DNA of 64,000 bases from Candidatus Latescibacterota bacterium (GTDB lineage Bacteria; Latescibacterota; UBA2968; GCA-2709665). Location: the NCBI GenBank assembly GCA_963667175.2, contig CAXXXF010000015.1, positions 448,001 through 512,000 on the forward strand, written 5' to 3'. Numbering within the stretch: the stretch's first letter is position 1; each line of letters begins with the position of its first letter. Below, piece after piece: positions 27,511 to 35,814 of the stretch. Both the position numbers and the translations under genes were made by a program. The notes below the pieces were generated by a model. That model saw nothing but the letters and a program-made list of their open reading frames with translations. It was not told the origin of the DNA and ran no database searches.

Positions 27511-29901
27511 ATGCAACAAGGCGGCGAAACCGTCCGCGAAGACGGGAGGACCGTCCGTGAAGATGGAGCTACCGTTCGCGAAGACGGGAGGACCGTTCGC
27601 GAATCGTCCGCGTCTCCGTCCGCCGCCCCCGCGCAGGACACGCAGGCGCCCGGATGGCTGCCCGGCGACCTGGCGGCCGACTACCGCGTGATCGAGTCCC
27701 TGCCCGCGCTAGGCGGCGAAGCCGACCTCTACGTCGTCGAGCCACTCGACGCCGAGGATGACACCCGGCGCGTGGCCAAGGTGTACCGCGAGGGCATGGT
27801 TCCCAAGGAGGACGTGCTCAGGCTCGTCAAGCAGGCCGAGCCGGCCCACGTCGTCCGGCTCGAAGCCTACGGGCAGGACGACGGCGCCGGCCGGTGGTGG
27901 GAACTGATGGAGTACGTCGAGCGGGACAGCTTGCGCCAGTTCCTCGATCGAGAAGGACCGAAGCTCTCCGAAGACCTGATACGCGACATTCTCCGGGAAC
28001 TCAACGACGCGCTGACGGACTTGCACCGGCTGCAGCTGGAACATCGTGACCTGAAGCCAGACAACGTCCTGGTGCGCAGCCTCACGCCGCTCGATCTGGT
28101 GATGAGCGACTTTGGCATCGCCTCGATCGTGGAAGGGCCGATGCACTTTACCGGAAGGATGCAGACGGCGATGTATGCGCCGCCCGAAGCCCTCGGCAGC
28201 CAGGCGGTGGTTGAGCACACCAAGTGGGACTACTGGTCGCTGGGGATGATGCTCGTCGAGATGCTGGAGAAGCATCCCTTCAAGGACGTGGAAGACCAGG
28301 CGATCGGCTACCGACTCGTCGTTGAGGACGTTGATGATCTGACCCGGGAAATCTCCGATCCGGCATGGCGGATGCTGTGCCGGGGGTTGCTGCGGCGCAC
28401 GCCGGAGGCTCGTTGGAACGCCGAGGAGGTCTCGAAGTGGCTTGCCGATCCGAACGATCCGGGCCTACGCGTGGCCGAAGAGGCGCCCGGGTCTCCGCCC
28501 GTTGCCGAGCCGTTGCCGGCCACGATCGACTTCGACGGGGCGCGCTACGCCACGCCGGCGGAACTGGGCGCCGCCCTTGCCGAGGACTGGGGCAAGGCCA
28601 AGTCGTACTGGAAGCGACGGTACCCGGACGTGCGCAACTGGGTGACCGACGAGCTCGGGCTGACGCCCCTCGGCGACGCCCTGGCGGACATCGACGACAG
28701 CGGCATGCCCCTCGATACCCAGGTATTCAACTTCATCTATCACCTGGCGCCCGAAGCGCCGTTGCGCTTCCGCGACGAGCGCCTGACCATGGAGGGCCTC
28801 GCCGCGCTTTGCCGGCGGGCGGCGGTTCAGAAAGACGCAGACGCCCGCGATACGTTGCTGAGGCTGTATCGGCAGGGCATTCTGGTACTGGCCGGTTCGC
28901 TGCCGGACGGGGAACCGCTTGCGGAGGCGCAGCGCCGGTGGGAAGACGCCGTCAACGACTACGAACGCCGGCGCAACGAGGCCGGCGCGCGCGTCGAGGC
29001 GATCCCGGCGCCCAACGAAGGCACCCTCGTGGATCTGCTGGCGGGAAGCCTGCCCGTGCCCGAGGTCGTGGACGCCCTCAGGACGCGGGCGCGCCGCGCC
29101 CGCACGGCGAACGCGCGAAGGTGCCCCTGGTTCGCAAGGCTGGGGAAGCCCGAGAACATGCCGGTCAGCGCTCTGGTCCTGCTTCCCCGCCTTCGGTCGC
29201 AGGCGGAGCGAGTGGGCAGACCCCTCAGGATGCGGCCACTTTACGGTTGCATCGGGGGCGTTATCGCCGGCGGCCTGCTCGGACTGCAGGTCATGTGGGC
29301 GCACGTCATGTTCGTCTTCGATCCCCAACACTACCTCTTCCACCCCGTTGCGACCGTGCTGATATCGGTAGCCGTCACCTTCACGTTCTACGGGGCCTTT
29401 GTCTGGGACATTCGCGGCGTCGCCGCGCGGAGGCGCCGGCAAAGCAATACGGCCGACGCGACGCCGCGCAGCGGGCCCATCGGACGAATGATTGACCGTG
29501 GCGGCGCCGGAATCGGCTGCCTGCTGCTCATTGCGATACCGCTCGCCGCCATATTCGCTCTGGCGTTTTTCGTCTTGCTGTTGGTCGTCACCTCGATTCC
29601 ATCCCTCGTCGCCATGGACGCGATCGGGCTGATCGACTTCGGGCTGGAACACTTTCGCGCTCGACGCTCCATGCCGCTGAGTCTCACCGCCGTATCGACG
29701 CCCGATGGCGGCATGCAAACTGTCTTCAACCCGCTCTTCAACGCAACGTTGTACGTCGCGCCGCATGCGATCCTGGGCGCCCTTGTCGGGAGCTTTGCCC
29801 GCCGGCGGTGGGTCATCGCAGCGTCGATCCTGGTATTCCTCGGGCTGGCCGCGGTCGTCATTATCTCGGATCCCAGGTACGTCGGCGCGATGATAGGGTA
29901 G
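27511..29901 (+). CDS. Membrane-anchored Hanks-type Ser/Thr protein kinase 1 (N-terminal TVRE repeats, multi-TM C-terminus), 796 aa
   Basis: GGEADLY, VAKVY, HRDLKPDN, SDFG, YAPPE, DYWSLG; hydrophobic C-terminus; AAGGAG RBS. Confidence 0.92.
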   Translation: MQQGGETVREDGRTVREDGATVREDGRTVRESSASPSAAPAQDTQAPGWLPGDLAADYRVIESLPALGGEADLYVVEPLDAEDDTRRVAKVYREGMVPKEDVLRLVKQAEPAHVVRLEAYGQDDGAGRWWELMEYVERDSLRQFLDREGPKLSEDLIRDILRELNDALTDLHRLQLEHRDLKPDNVLVRSLTPLDLVMSDFGIASIVEGPMHFTGRMQTAMYAPPEALGSQAVVEHTKWDYWSLGMMLVEMLEKHPFKDVEDQAIGYRLVVEDVDDLTREISDPAWRMLCRGLLRRTPEARWNAEEVSKWLADPNDPGLRVAEEAPGSPPVAEPLPATIDFDGARYATPAELGAALAEDWGKAKSYWKRRYPDVRNWVTDELGLTPLGDALADIDDSGMPLDTQVFNFIYHLAPEAPLRFRDERLTMEGLAALCRRAAVQKDADARDTLLRLYRQGILVLAGSLPDGEPLAEAQRRWEDAVNDYERRRNEAGARVEAIPAPNEGTLVDLLAGSLPVPEVVDALRTRARRARTANARRCPWFARLGKPENMPVSALVLLPRLRSQAERVGRPLRMRPLYGCIGGVIAGGLLGLQVMWAHVMFVFDPQHYLFHPVATVLISVAVTFTFYGAFVWDIRGVAARRRRQSNTADATPRSGPIGRMIDRGGAGIGCLLLIAIPLAAIFALAFFVLLLVVTSIPSLVAMDAIGLIDFGLEHFRARRSMPLSLTAVSTPDGGMQTVFNPLFNATLYVAPHAILGALVGSFARRRWVIAASILVFLGLAAVVIISDPRYVGAMIG
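27529..27603 (+). repeat. 21-bp coding tandem repeat (TVREDG[RA])x3.5; paralogous repeat at ~35824-35907
   Basis: ACCGTYCGYGAAGAYGG units. Confidence 0.9.
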
Positions 29902-30018
29902 CGATACCGTTCGCATCCCCTCCCGGAAACACACCCCCAACTGCCCGATTCACGATTCGTCCGGCTCGACCTTCCGCGGAGGCGCAGGGGCTTGCGGCGG
30001 ACCATGTGACCGATCCTG

Positions 30019-30047
30019 TTGACAACGCTGGAAAAACCATGTATATA
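30019..30047 (+). promoter_or_regulatory. sigma70 promoter of the AAA operon (duplicate of 27369-27397)
   Basis: TTGACA-17-TATATA with shared downstream leader. Confidence 0.75.
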
Positions 30048-30162
30048 TCGCAATCCGGTCGCGGTTGCGCAAGCCGAAGCGTGAACGCGAACCCCGGAGC
30101 AGACGCTGTCGGACCGACCTGCTGAAATCGCGGGGCGGTCCTTAACTTCCTCGAGGGTCAAC

Positions 30163-32061
30163 GTGTCGCAGACAACGGAGTCGAACCAAAACAGTACGCC
30201 GGAACAGACCGGCGATGCGCCCGCCGCAATAGACGCGGACGCGTTTCCCCGGTGGCTGCGCCAGCTGGCGCAGTACCTGCCCATCTGCTCGCATTTCGTG
30301 GTTGAGGGAAACATCCGGGACGTGCACCTGGTCCGCAGCGAGGACGGGCTGCTTCTCCAACCGATCGTCAACTGCCTTTGGGAACTGCTTCGCGAGCAGG
30401 GCTGCGAGGGTATCCTCGTCTACGACCGCGTTTCCGGCTTTCGGGTCTTCCCGAACGACCGGCAGCAAGCGATCGAGCAGAAACTCGGGTCCCCCCTGGA
30501 CCGGCCGCTAAGGAACGAGGAGGATATGCTTGACATGCTTCAGGAGCGGCTCTTCGAAGTCTCGGCCGCTCCCGAACTCTTGTGCGCCGTCGTCGTCGAC
30601 TACGCCTCCAGGATCGCCAGGAGAGCGAGCGACCCGCACGAAGCCGAGTACGACTTCTTCGCCGCGTGCCAGAAACTTGCCGACACCACCCACGAACTGC
30701 GCCGGCCCGACGACGGACAGCTGGTGTTCAATCCCGTCGTGTGGCTGGTTGAACGGTCGAACGATCTGCCCGAGTGGTTCGTCGTCGGAAACGACAGAAT
30801 CCGGACGTTGGTCGCCGATATGCCCGACCAGCAGGCCAGGCTCGCGGTCGCGGAGCGACTGGCCCGCGATCTGCCGGGCGTCGACGCGATGAGCGAGCAG
30901 GACCGTTCGAGCGCAACGGACGTGTTCGCGAACCTCACCGACGGATTGACGGTGCGCGCAATGATGCAGATACGCTCGATCACGCGAAGTCAGAACCTGC
31001 CGTTTGCGCAGATATCAGACGCGATTCGCGCCTACCGGGTGGGCATCACCGACAACCCGTGGCGCCAGACCTATCTGTACGATCGCATCCGGTCCGGCGA
31101 CCGCGAAATCACGGCGTCGGTAAAAGGACAGTCTCAGGCGGTGCAGCAGACGCTCGATATTCTCAAGCGGTCGGTTACGGGCCTGACCGCCGCGCAGGCG
31201 TCGAGCTCGGGCAACAAACCCAGGGGCATCCTGTTTTTCGCGGGACCGACCGGGGTCGGCAAGACGGAACTCGCCAAGGCCGTCACGCGCCTGCTCTTCG
31301 GCGACGAGCAGGCCTATATCCGTTTCGACATGAGCGAGTTTTCCGCGGAGCACTCCGAGGCGCGGCTCATCGGCGCGCCACCGGGATACGTGGGATTCGA
31401 CGCCGGGGGGGAACTGGTCAACGCGGTGCGCCAGCGCCCTTTCTCGGTGGTGCTGTTCGATGAAATCGAAAAGGCCCATCCCCAGATACTGGACAAGTTT
31501 CTGCAGATTCTGGACGACGGACGCCTTACGGACGGACGCGGCGACACCGTGTACTTCTCCGAGACGGTCATCATCTTCACGTCGAACCTGGGGATCTACG
31601 TGCGCAATGAGTCGGGAGAACGCGTTCTGAACGTGTCTCAGGACGACGATTACGCGGAGGTCTCCAGGAGGATACACGAGGCCATACAGGACCACTTCAG
31701 GTTCGAGCTTCAGCGTCCGGAACTGCTGAACCGGATCGGAGACAACATCGTGGTCTTCGACTTCATCCGCCCCGAACTCGCGCACCTGATCATGGACAAG
31801 ATGCTCGGCAACGTGGTCGAGCGGGTGCAGGACGAGCACGACGTGACACTGGAGATTAGCGAGCGGGCGCATGCGACCCTCGTGGAGCAATGCCTGGGCG
31901 ACCTGACCCACGGCGGACGGGGAATCGGGAACCGGTTGGAGACGGTGCTCATCAACCCGCTGGCGCGGGCCCTGTTCGACGTTGAATTGACGGCGGGACA
32001 GACCATTACAGTGGAACAACTCGCCGAGGAAGACGGGATCTTCAAGGTGACGCTCGCATGA
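30163..32061 (+). CDS. ClpA/ClpB-like AAA+ ATPase (D2 module only, with a divergent N-terminal domain)
   Basis: FAGPTGVGKTELAK, RFDMSEF, LIGAPPGYVGF, LFDEIEKAH, RPELLNRI. Confidence 0.9.
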   Translation: MSQTTESNQNSTPEQTGDAPAAIDADAFPRWLRQLAQYLPICSHFVVEGNIRDVHLVRSEDGLLLQPIVNCLWELLREQGCEGILVYDRVSGFRVFPNDRQQAIEQKLGSPLDRPLRNEEDMLDMLQERLFEVSAAPELLCAVVVDYASRIARRASDPHEAEYDFFAACQKLADTTHELRRPDDGQLVFNPVVWLVERSNDLPEWFVVGNDRIRTLVADMPDQQARLAVAERLARDLPGVDAMSEQDRSSATDVFANLTDGLTVRAMMQIRSITRSQNLPFAQISDAIRAYRVGITDNPWRQTYLYDRIRSGDREITASVKGQSQAVQQTLDILKRSVTGLTAAQASSSGNKPRGILFFAGPTGVGKTELAKAVTRLLFGDEQAYIRFDMSEFSAEHSEARLIGAPPGYVGFDAGGELVNAVRQRPFSVVLFDEIEKAHPQILDKFLQILDDGRLTDGRGDTVYFSETVIIFTSNLGIYVRNESGERVLNVSQDDDYAEVSRRIHEAIQDHFRFELQRPELLNRIGDNIVVFDFIRPELAHLIMDKMLGNVVERVQDEHDVTLEISERAHATLVEQCLGDLTHGGRGIGNRLETVLINPLARALFDVELTAGQTITVEQLAEEDGIFKVTLA

Positions 32062-32708
32062 AAATCCGGCTCAACAAGGCGCACTTTCCGGTGACAACGC
32101 TGGGTTACGGGCGCCGGCTCGGGCTGTGGGTGCAGGGGTGCGGCATCGGATGCAAGGGCTGCGTGTCCCGCGACACGTGGGATCCCCGCGGCGGATGGGA
32201 AGTCGACGTGACGGAGGTCCTCGCGTGGTGTGATTCGCGGCGAACGCTCGGCATCGACGGGATGACCATCAGCGGCGGCGAACCGTTCGAGCAGCCCGGG
32301 GCGCTGAAACGGCTGCTTGAAGCGCTCGACGCGTGGCGGCAGGGGCTTGAACGACCGTTCGACGTACTTTGCTACAGCGGCCTGCCGCTTGCCAGAATCA
32401 GGCGCCGCCACGCCGGCGCGCTCGCCTTTGTCGACGCGCTCATCCCGGAGCCCTACGTCGCCGGCCGCCCGGCGTCCGGTCCGTTGAAGGGTTCGAGCAA
32501 CCAGCCTCTGGTTCCACTGACGGCGCTCGGCCGGACGCGCTACGGGGACGAGGCGCAACACGCAGGGGACGCGCCACGCATCCAGGTCAGCGTCGAGCGC
32601 GGCGCCGCCTGGTTCATTGGCATCCCCGGGCCCGGCGATATGGAAAAACTGGAGGAATTTGCCCGGGCAAGGGGCGTGGTGATGGAGGACGTATCGTGGC
32701 GCGCGTGA
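32058..32708 (+). CDS. Radical SAM / 4Fe-4S protein (NrdG activase-like)
   Basis: WVQGCGIGCKGC (CxxxCxxC), GMTISGGEPFEQ, LKGSSNQ; ATGA overlap with the AAA gene. Confidence 0.88.
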   Translation: MKIRLNKAHFPVTTLGYGRRLGLWVQGCGIGCKGCVSRDTWDPRGGWEVDVTEVLAWCDSRRTLGIDGMTISGGEPFEQPGALKRLLEALDAWRQGLERPFDVLCYSGLPLARIRRRHAGALAFVDALIPEPYVAGRPASGPLKGSSNQPLVPLTALGRTRYGDEAQHAGDAPRIQVSVERGAAWFIGIPGPGDMEKLEEFARARGVVMEDVSWRA

Positions 32709-33316
32709 AAGTCTGCAGGTTGTGCGGGCAACACAGCGGCCCCGACGAATTGTTCTGCACGGCGGCCGACTGCGGCACGTCGCTGGCCGACGTGAGCGCC
32801 GTCGACAGCAGCGAGATTGAGCGCATGGCCGCTGAAGCCGAGGCCGAGTCAGCCGACGGCGGCGGTGACGAAGGCCGCGACGTCCAAAGCGGCGCGGCCG
32901 GAAACGGCGCGGCCGAGACCAGCGGCGCGGAAGGCCCCCAACCGGCCCCCGGCACGGCCGGACAAACGGTGCGAGACGTCCAGGCGGCGCCCTGCGCGCT
33001 GGTTTTCCCCTGGGGCCGCGTATCCATTGCCGGTCGATTGGGCGTGGGCCGCGACACGGGATTTTCTCAAATCAGCAGGCAATTGGACGCCTATCCGACG
33101 GTCTCCAGGCAACACGCCGTGGTCAGCGCGGCGCAGGGCCGATGGACGGTTCGGGACGAGGGCTCCACCAATGGGACCTACGTAAACGGCGCGCGGCTCG
33201 CGCAGGGCGAGACCAGGGCGATTCAAAACGGCGACCAGGTCGGTTTCTCGCGGGGATTGCAGGTTGGCGTCGAGATCGCGACAACGGGAGACGCGAGTGG
33301 CGCATCCGGACAATGA
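32696..33316 (+). CDS. Zinc-ribbon + FHA domain protein (GTG start at 32696)
   Basis: CRLC..CTAADC; FHA motifs VGR, VSRQHA, D.GSTNGTYVNG; GGAGGA RBS. Confidence 0.88.
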   Translation: MARVKVCRLCGQHSGPDELFCTAADCGTSLADVSAVDSSEIERMAAEAEAESADGGGDEGRDVQSGAAGNGAAETSGAEGPQPAPGTAGQTVRDVQAAPCALVFPWGRVSIAGRLGVGRDTGFSQISRQLDAYPTVSRQHAVVSAAQGRWTVRDEGSTNGTYVNGARLAQGETRAIQNGDQVGFSRGLQVGVEIATTGDASGASGQ

Positions 33317-34079
33317 CGCTCGGGAAGACGGCAGGGCGACGCTGGAGGTCACGGCAATCACCCACCGGGGGCGCGTCCGCGCCCACAACGAAGACACGAT
33401 CGTCGTCGGCAACTGGATTTGCGGCGATTCCATGGACGAGCCGCGCCAGTTCGAACACGACGCCTCGCTGACGACGCTGTTGCTTGTCGCCGACGGCATG
33501 GGCGGTCACGTCGCCGGGCGGGAGGCGAGCCGGCGCGCGGCGCGAGCGATGGTCCGACTGCTTCCGGGCGATACCGGCGCGGGTGAGCCTGAAATTGCGG
33601 ACGCATTGCGGGCGGCCAACCGGGAGGTGTTTGACGCCGCCGCCGAGGATCCGGCGCTCAAGGGCATGGGCACGACCGTGGCCGGGCTGGTCGTGACGTC
33701 CGACCGGACGATCTGGTTCAACGTCGGCGACAGCCGGGTCTACAGCGTCAGGCAGGAGTTCCTGCGCCAGCTCAGCGTGGATGACGTCCCGGCCTGGCAG
33801 GGCGCCGGCGGTCACGTGATCACGCAGGCACTGGGCGGCGCGCACGCGTACGTCGAGGTCAATCCGCACGTCGGCGCCCTGACGACCGCACCCGGGCGAC
33901 GTTACCTGCTTTGCAGCGACGGCCTGACCGACGTCGTGCCGATGGATGCGATGGAGCGCGCCCTGGCGGACGACGACCTCAGCTTTGTCGGCGAACTCCT
34001 CGACGGCGCATTGGCCGCGGGGGGGCCGGACAACGTCTCGATCGTCGCGGCCCGAATTCGACGCGACGGCCAGGAATAG
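33297..34079 (+). CDS. PP2C/PPM family Ser/Thr phosphatase
   Basis: GRVRAHNED, VADGMGGH..G..AS, GMGTT, NVGDSRVY, LLCSDGL, GGPDNVS. Confidence 0.95.
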   Translation: MAHPDNDAREDGRATLEVTAITHRGRVRAHNEDTIVVGNWICGDSMDEPRQFEHDASLTTLLLVADGMGGHVAGREASRRAARAMVRLLPGDTGAGEPEIADALRAANREVFDAAAEDPALKGMGTTVAGLVVTSDRTIWFNVGDSRVYSVRQEFLRQLSVDDVPAWQGAGGHVITQALGGAHAYVEVNPHVGALTTAPGRRYLLCSDGLTDVVPMDAMERALADDDLSFVGELLDGALAAGGPDNVSIVAARIRRDGQE

Positions 34080-34183
34080 CGTCGCAGGCGCCCGGAAGCC
34101 TGCGCGTGCCCGAAGTCGTGAACGCCCCAGGGTCGGGGACGTCCCGCGCGATCGAGTCGAACGGAGTCAGGAGTTGAACAGGT

Positions 34184-35788
34184 ATGAGCGCTCCTTACGT
34201 AAGTTACGAGGTCTGGATCAACGGTCTGCTGGCGGCCAGCCGGTTTGAGGCCCTCGCAAAACGCGCCCACGCGCTGTGTGCGGAGTTGAGCGAAATCGCG
34301 GAGCGTTGGCAGAAGGCCAGGGACCATTACGGCGAAGATTGCCCGGCCTGGTCCTATGGAGACACTGAGTTGCCGGCCTCCGTCCGCAATCTTCTTGCCG
34401 GCGGTGAACTCGCCGGGCGCGCGGCGAAAGTGGAAGAGACGCGATTTCGGGAGTATTCCAGTGAAGAGGCCGGATCGCGGGCTCTCTGGAACCAGATGGA
34501 AGTGGATTTGGGCGACCTGGAGAATGTCCTGAAAGAGGAGGGGGCTTCCCCCAAGCTGGCCGGGCGCGTGACGAAATTGATGAATGGTCCGAAGGTTTCC
34601 AGTGATTTTGCCGACCGTGTGGCCAAAGACCTGAAGGCGCAGGGGGTTTCCGGTGATCTTCCCGAGTATATAGCCGAAGTGCTGAAAGCGGGGGGTGGGC
34701 GGCGTTTGGCGAAAAAACTGGAATCAACGCGAATGGGGGACACGTTCGGGGCTACCGGCGGCGAGTTGGAAGCCGTCGCCCGTGACGTCAGTGAGTTGGA
34801 AGCCTTCGTCCGAGATCTTGCCGGACGCGTGGGGAAAGCCAAACGGGAGCACGCGCAATTCAACGTACGAAAATCGTTGCAGGCGACCGCACAGGAGGCG
34901 GCTACCCGTGCCGCGAGCCTGGAGGAGCGGAGAGAGAGAGAGGAAGCGGACAAGGCCGGGAGAGAGGAGCGCGAAAGGCGTCGTATTTCCGAACAGGTCT
35001 TCGGTCTGGTCGAGAGCCTGACGGCAGAGGTCTCGCCCCTGGACAGGACCGCCATCGCGCAACGGGCGCGGGAGGCGGTCGAATCGACGCAGGTTTCCCG
35101 TCGCCGGGCCCTGCTGACCCAGCTGCATCTCGACGTTCGGCGAGCCAACGAGGCGGGACGAGCGCGGCAACGCCGCGTCGATCAGGTGGAGCAATGGCGC
35201 CAGCGACTCATGGGGCTTGAAGGGCCGGAGGTCGAAGAACTGGACGAAACGCTTCGGCGAGTTGTCGACGAGGAGGGGCCGCTGCCGCAAGACGCGGCGC
35301 AAAGGGTCGAGAGCGTCGTCGCCCGGGCGACCGAGGCCGCCAATCGCGCTTATGCGTTGGGCGTCATATCGGAGGAACTGGAGAACCTGGGATACGTCGT
35401 GGAAGCCGACTTTGAAACGGCCTCGGAACAGGCGCCGGAAATGCTGCTTCGCAAGCCGGACATGGAAGACGATTACCTCGTGTCGTTGCGAGCCGAGGCG
35501 GCCGGGCTGCGCAACCGCGTGGTTCGCGAGGCCGACGATCCCGGCGAACGAAGCGCGGGTCGCGAGCGGACGGATCAGGAAACGGAACGCGCCTGGTGCG
35601 AGGACCTCGCCGCGGCCCTGGCCGCGGCGGAGCATAAAGGGGTTCGCGGGCGAGCCGTAGAACGCATGGAACCCGGCGCGGCGCCCGTCCCGACCATTGC
35701 CCCATTGAAGGGCAAACCCAGGTCCACGCGCAGGAGCAGGCGCAGGCGTGAGCGGACCGGTCGACAGGAGTCGCGGGTCCGTCGTTGA
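34184..35788 (+). CDS. Uncharacterised coiled-coil protein, 534 aa
   Basis: Long ORF with AGGAG RBS; E/R/A-rich helical core; LEnLGY.V and E..WC motifs near the C-terminus. Confidence 0.75.
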   Translation: MSAPYVSYEVWINGLLAASRFEALAKRAHALCAELSEIAERWQKARDHYGEDCPAWSYGDTELPASVRNLLAGGELAGRAAKVEETRFREYSSEEAGSRALWNQMEVDLGDLENVLKEEGASPKLAGRVTKLMNGPKVSSDFADRVAKDLKAQGVSGDLPEYIAEVLKAGGGRRLAKKLESTRMGDTFGATGGELEAVARDVSELEAFVRDLAGRVGKAKREHAQFNVRKSLQATAQEAATRAASLEERREREEADKAGREERERRRISEQVFGLVESLTAEVSPLDRTAIAQRAREAVESTQVSRRRALLTQLHLDVRRANEAGRARQRRVDQVEQWRQRLMGLEGPEVEELDETLRRVVDEEGPLPQDAAQRVESVVARATEAANRAYALGVISEELENLGYVVEADFETASEQAPEMLLRKPDMEDDYLVSLRAEAAGLRNRVVREADDPGERSAGRERTDQETERAWCEDLAAALAAAEHKGVRGRAVERMEPGAAPVPTIAPLKGKPRSTRRSRRRRERTGRQESRVRR

Positions 35789-35814
35789 ACTCCTTACATG
35801 GCAAGGAGACGCCA

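Noticed and set aside
32058-32708. Anaerobic ribonucleotide reductase activase nrdG
   Set aside because: No nrdD in the window and the gene is embedded in the kinase operon, so no gene symbol is assigned
30163-34079. Type VI secretion cluster (ClpV, Fha, PppA, PpkA)
   Set aside because: No Hcp, VgrG, TssB/C or membrane-complex genes, and the ATPase lacks ClpV's D1 domain
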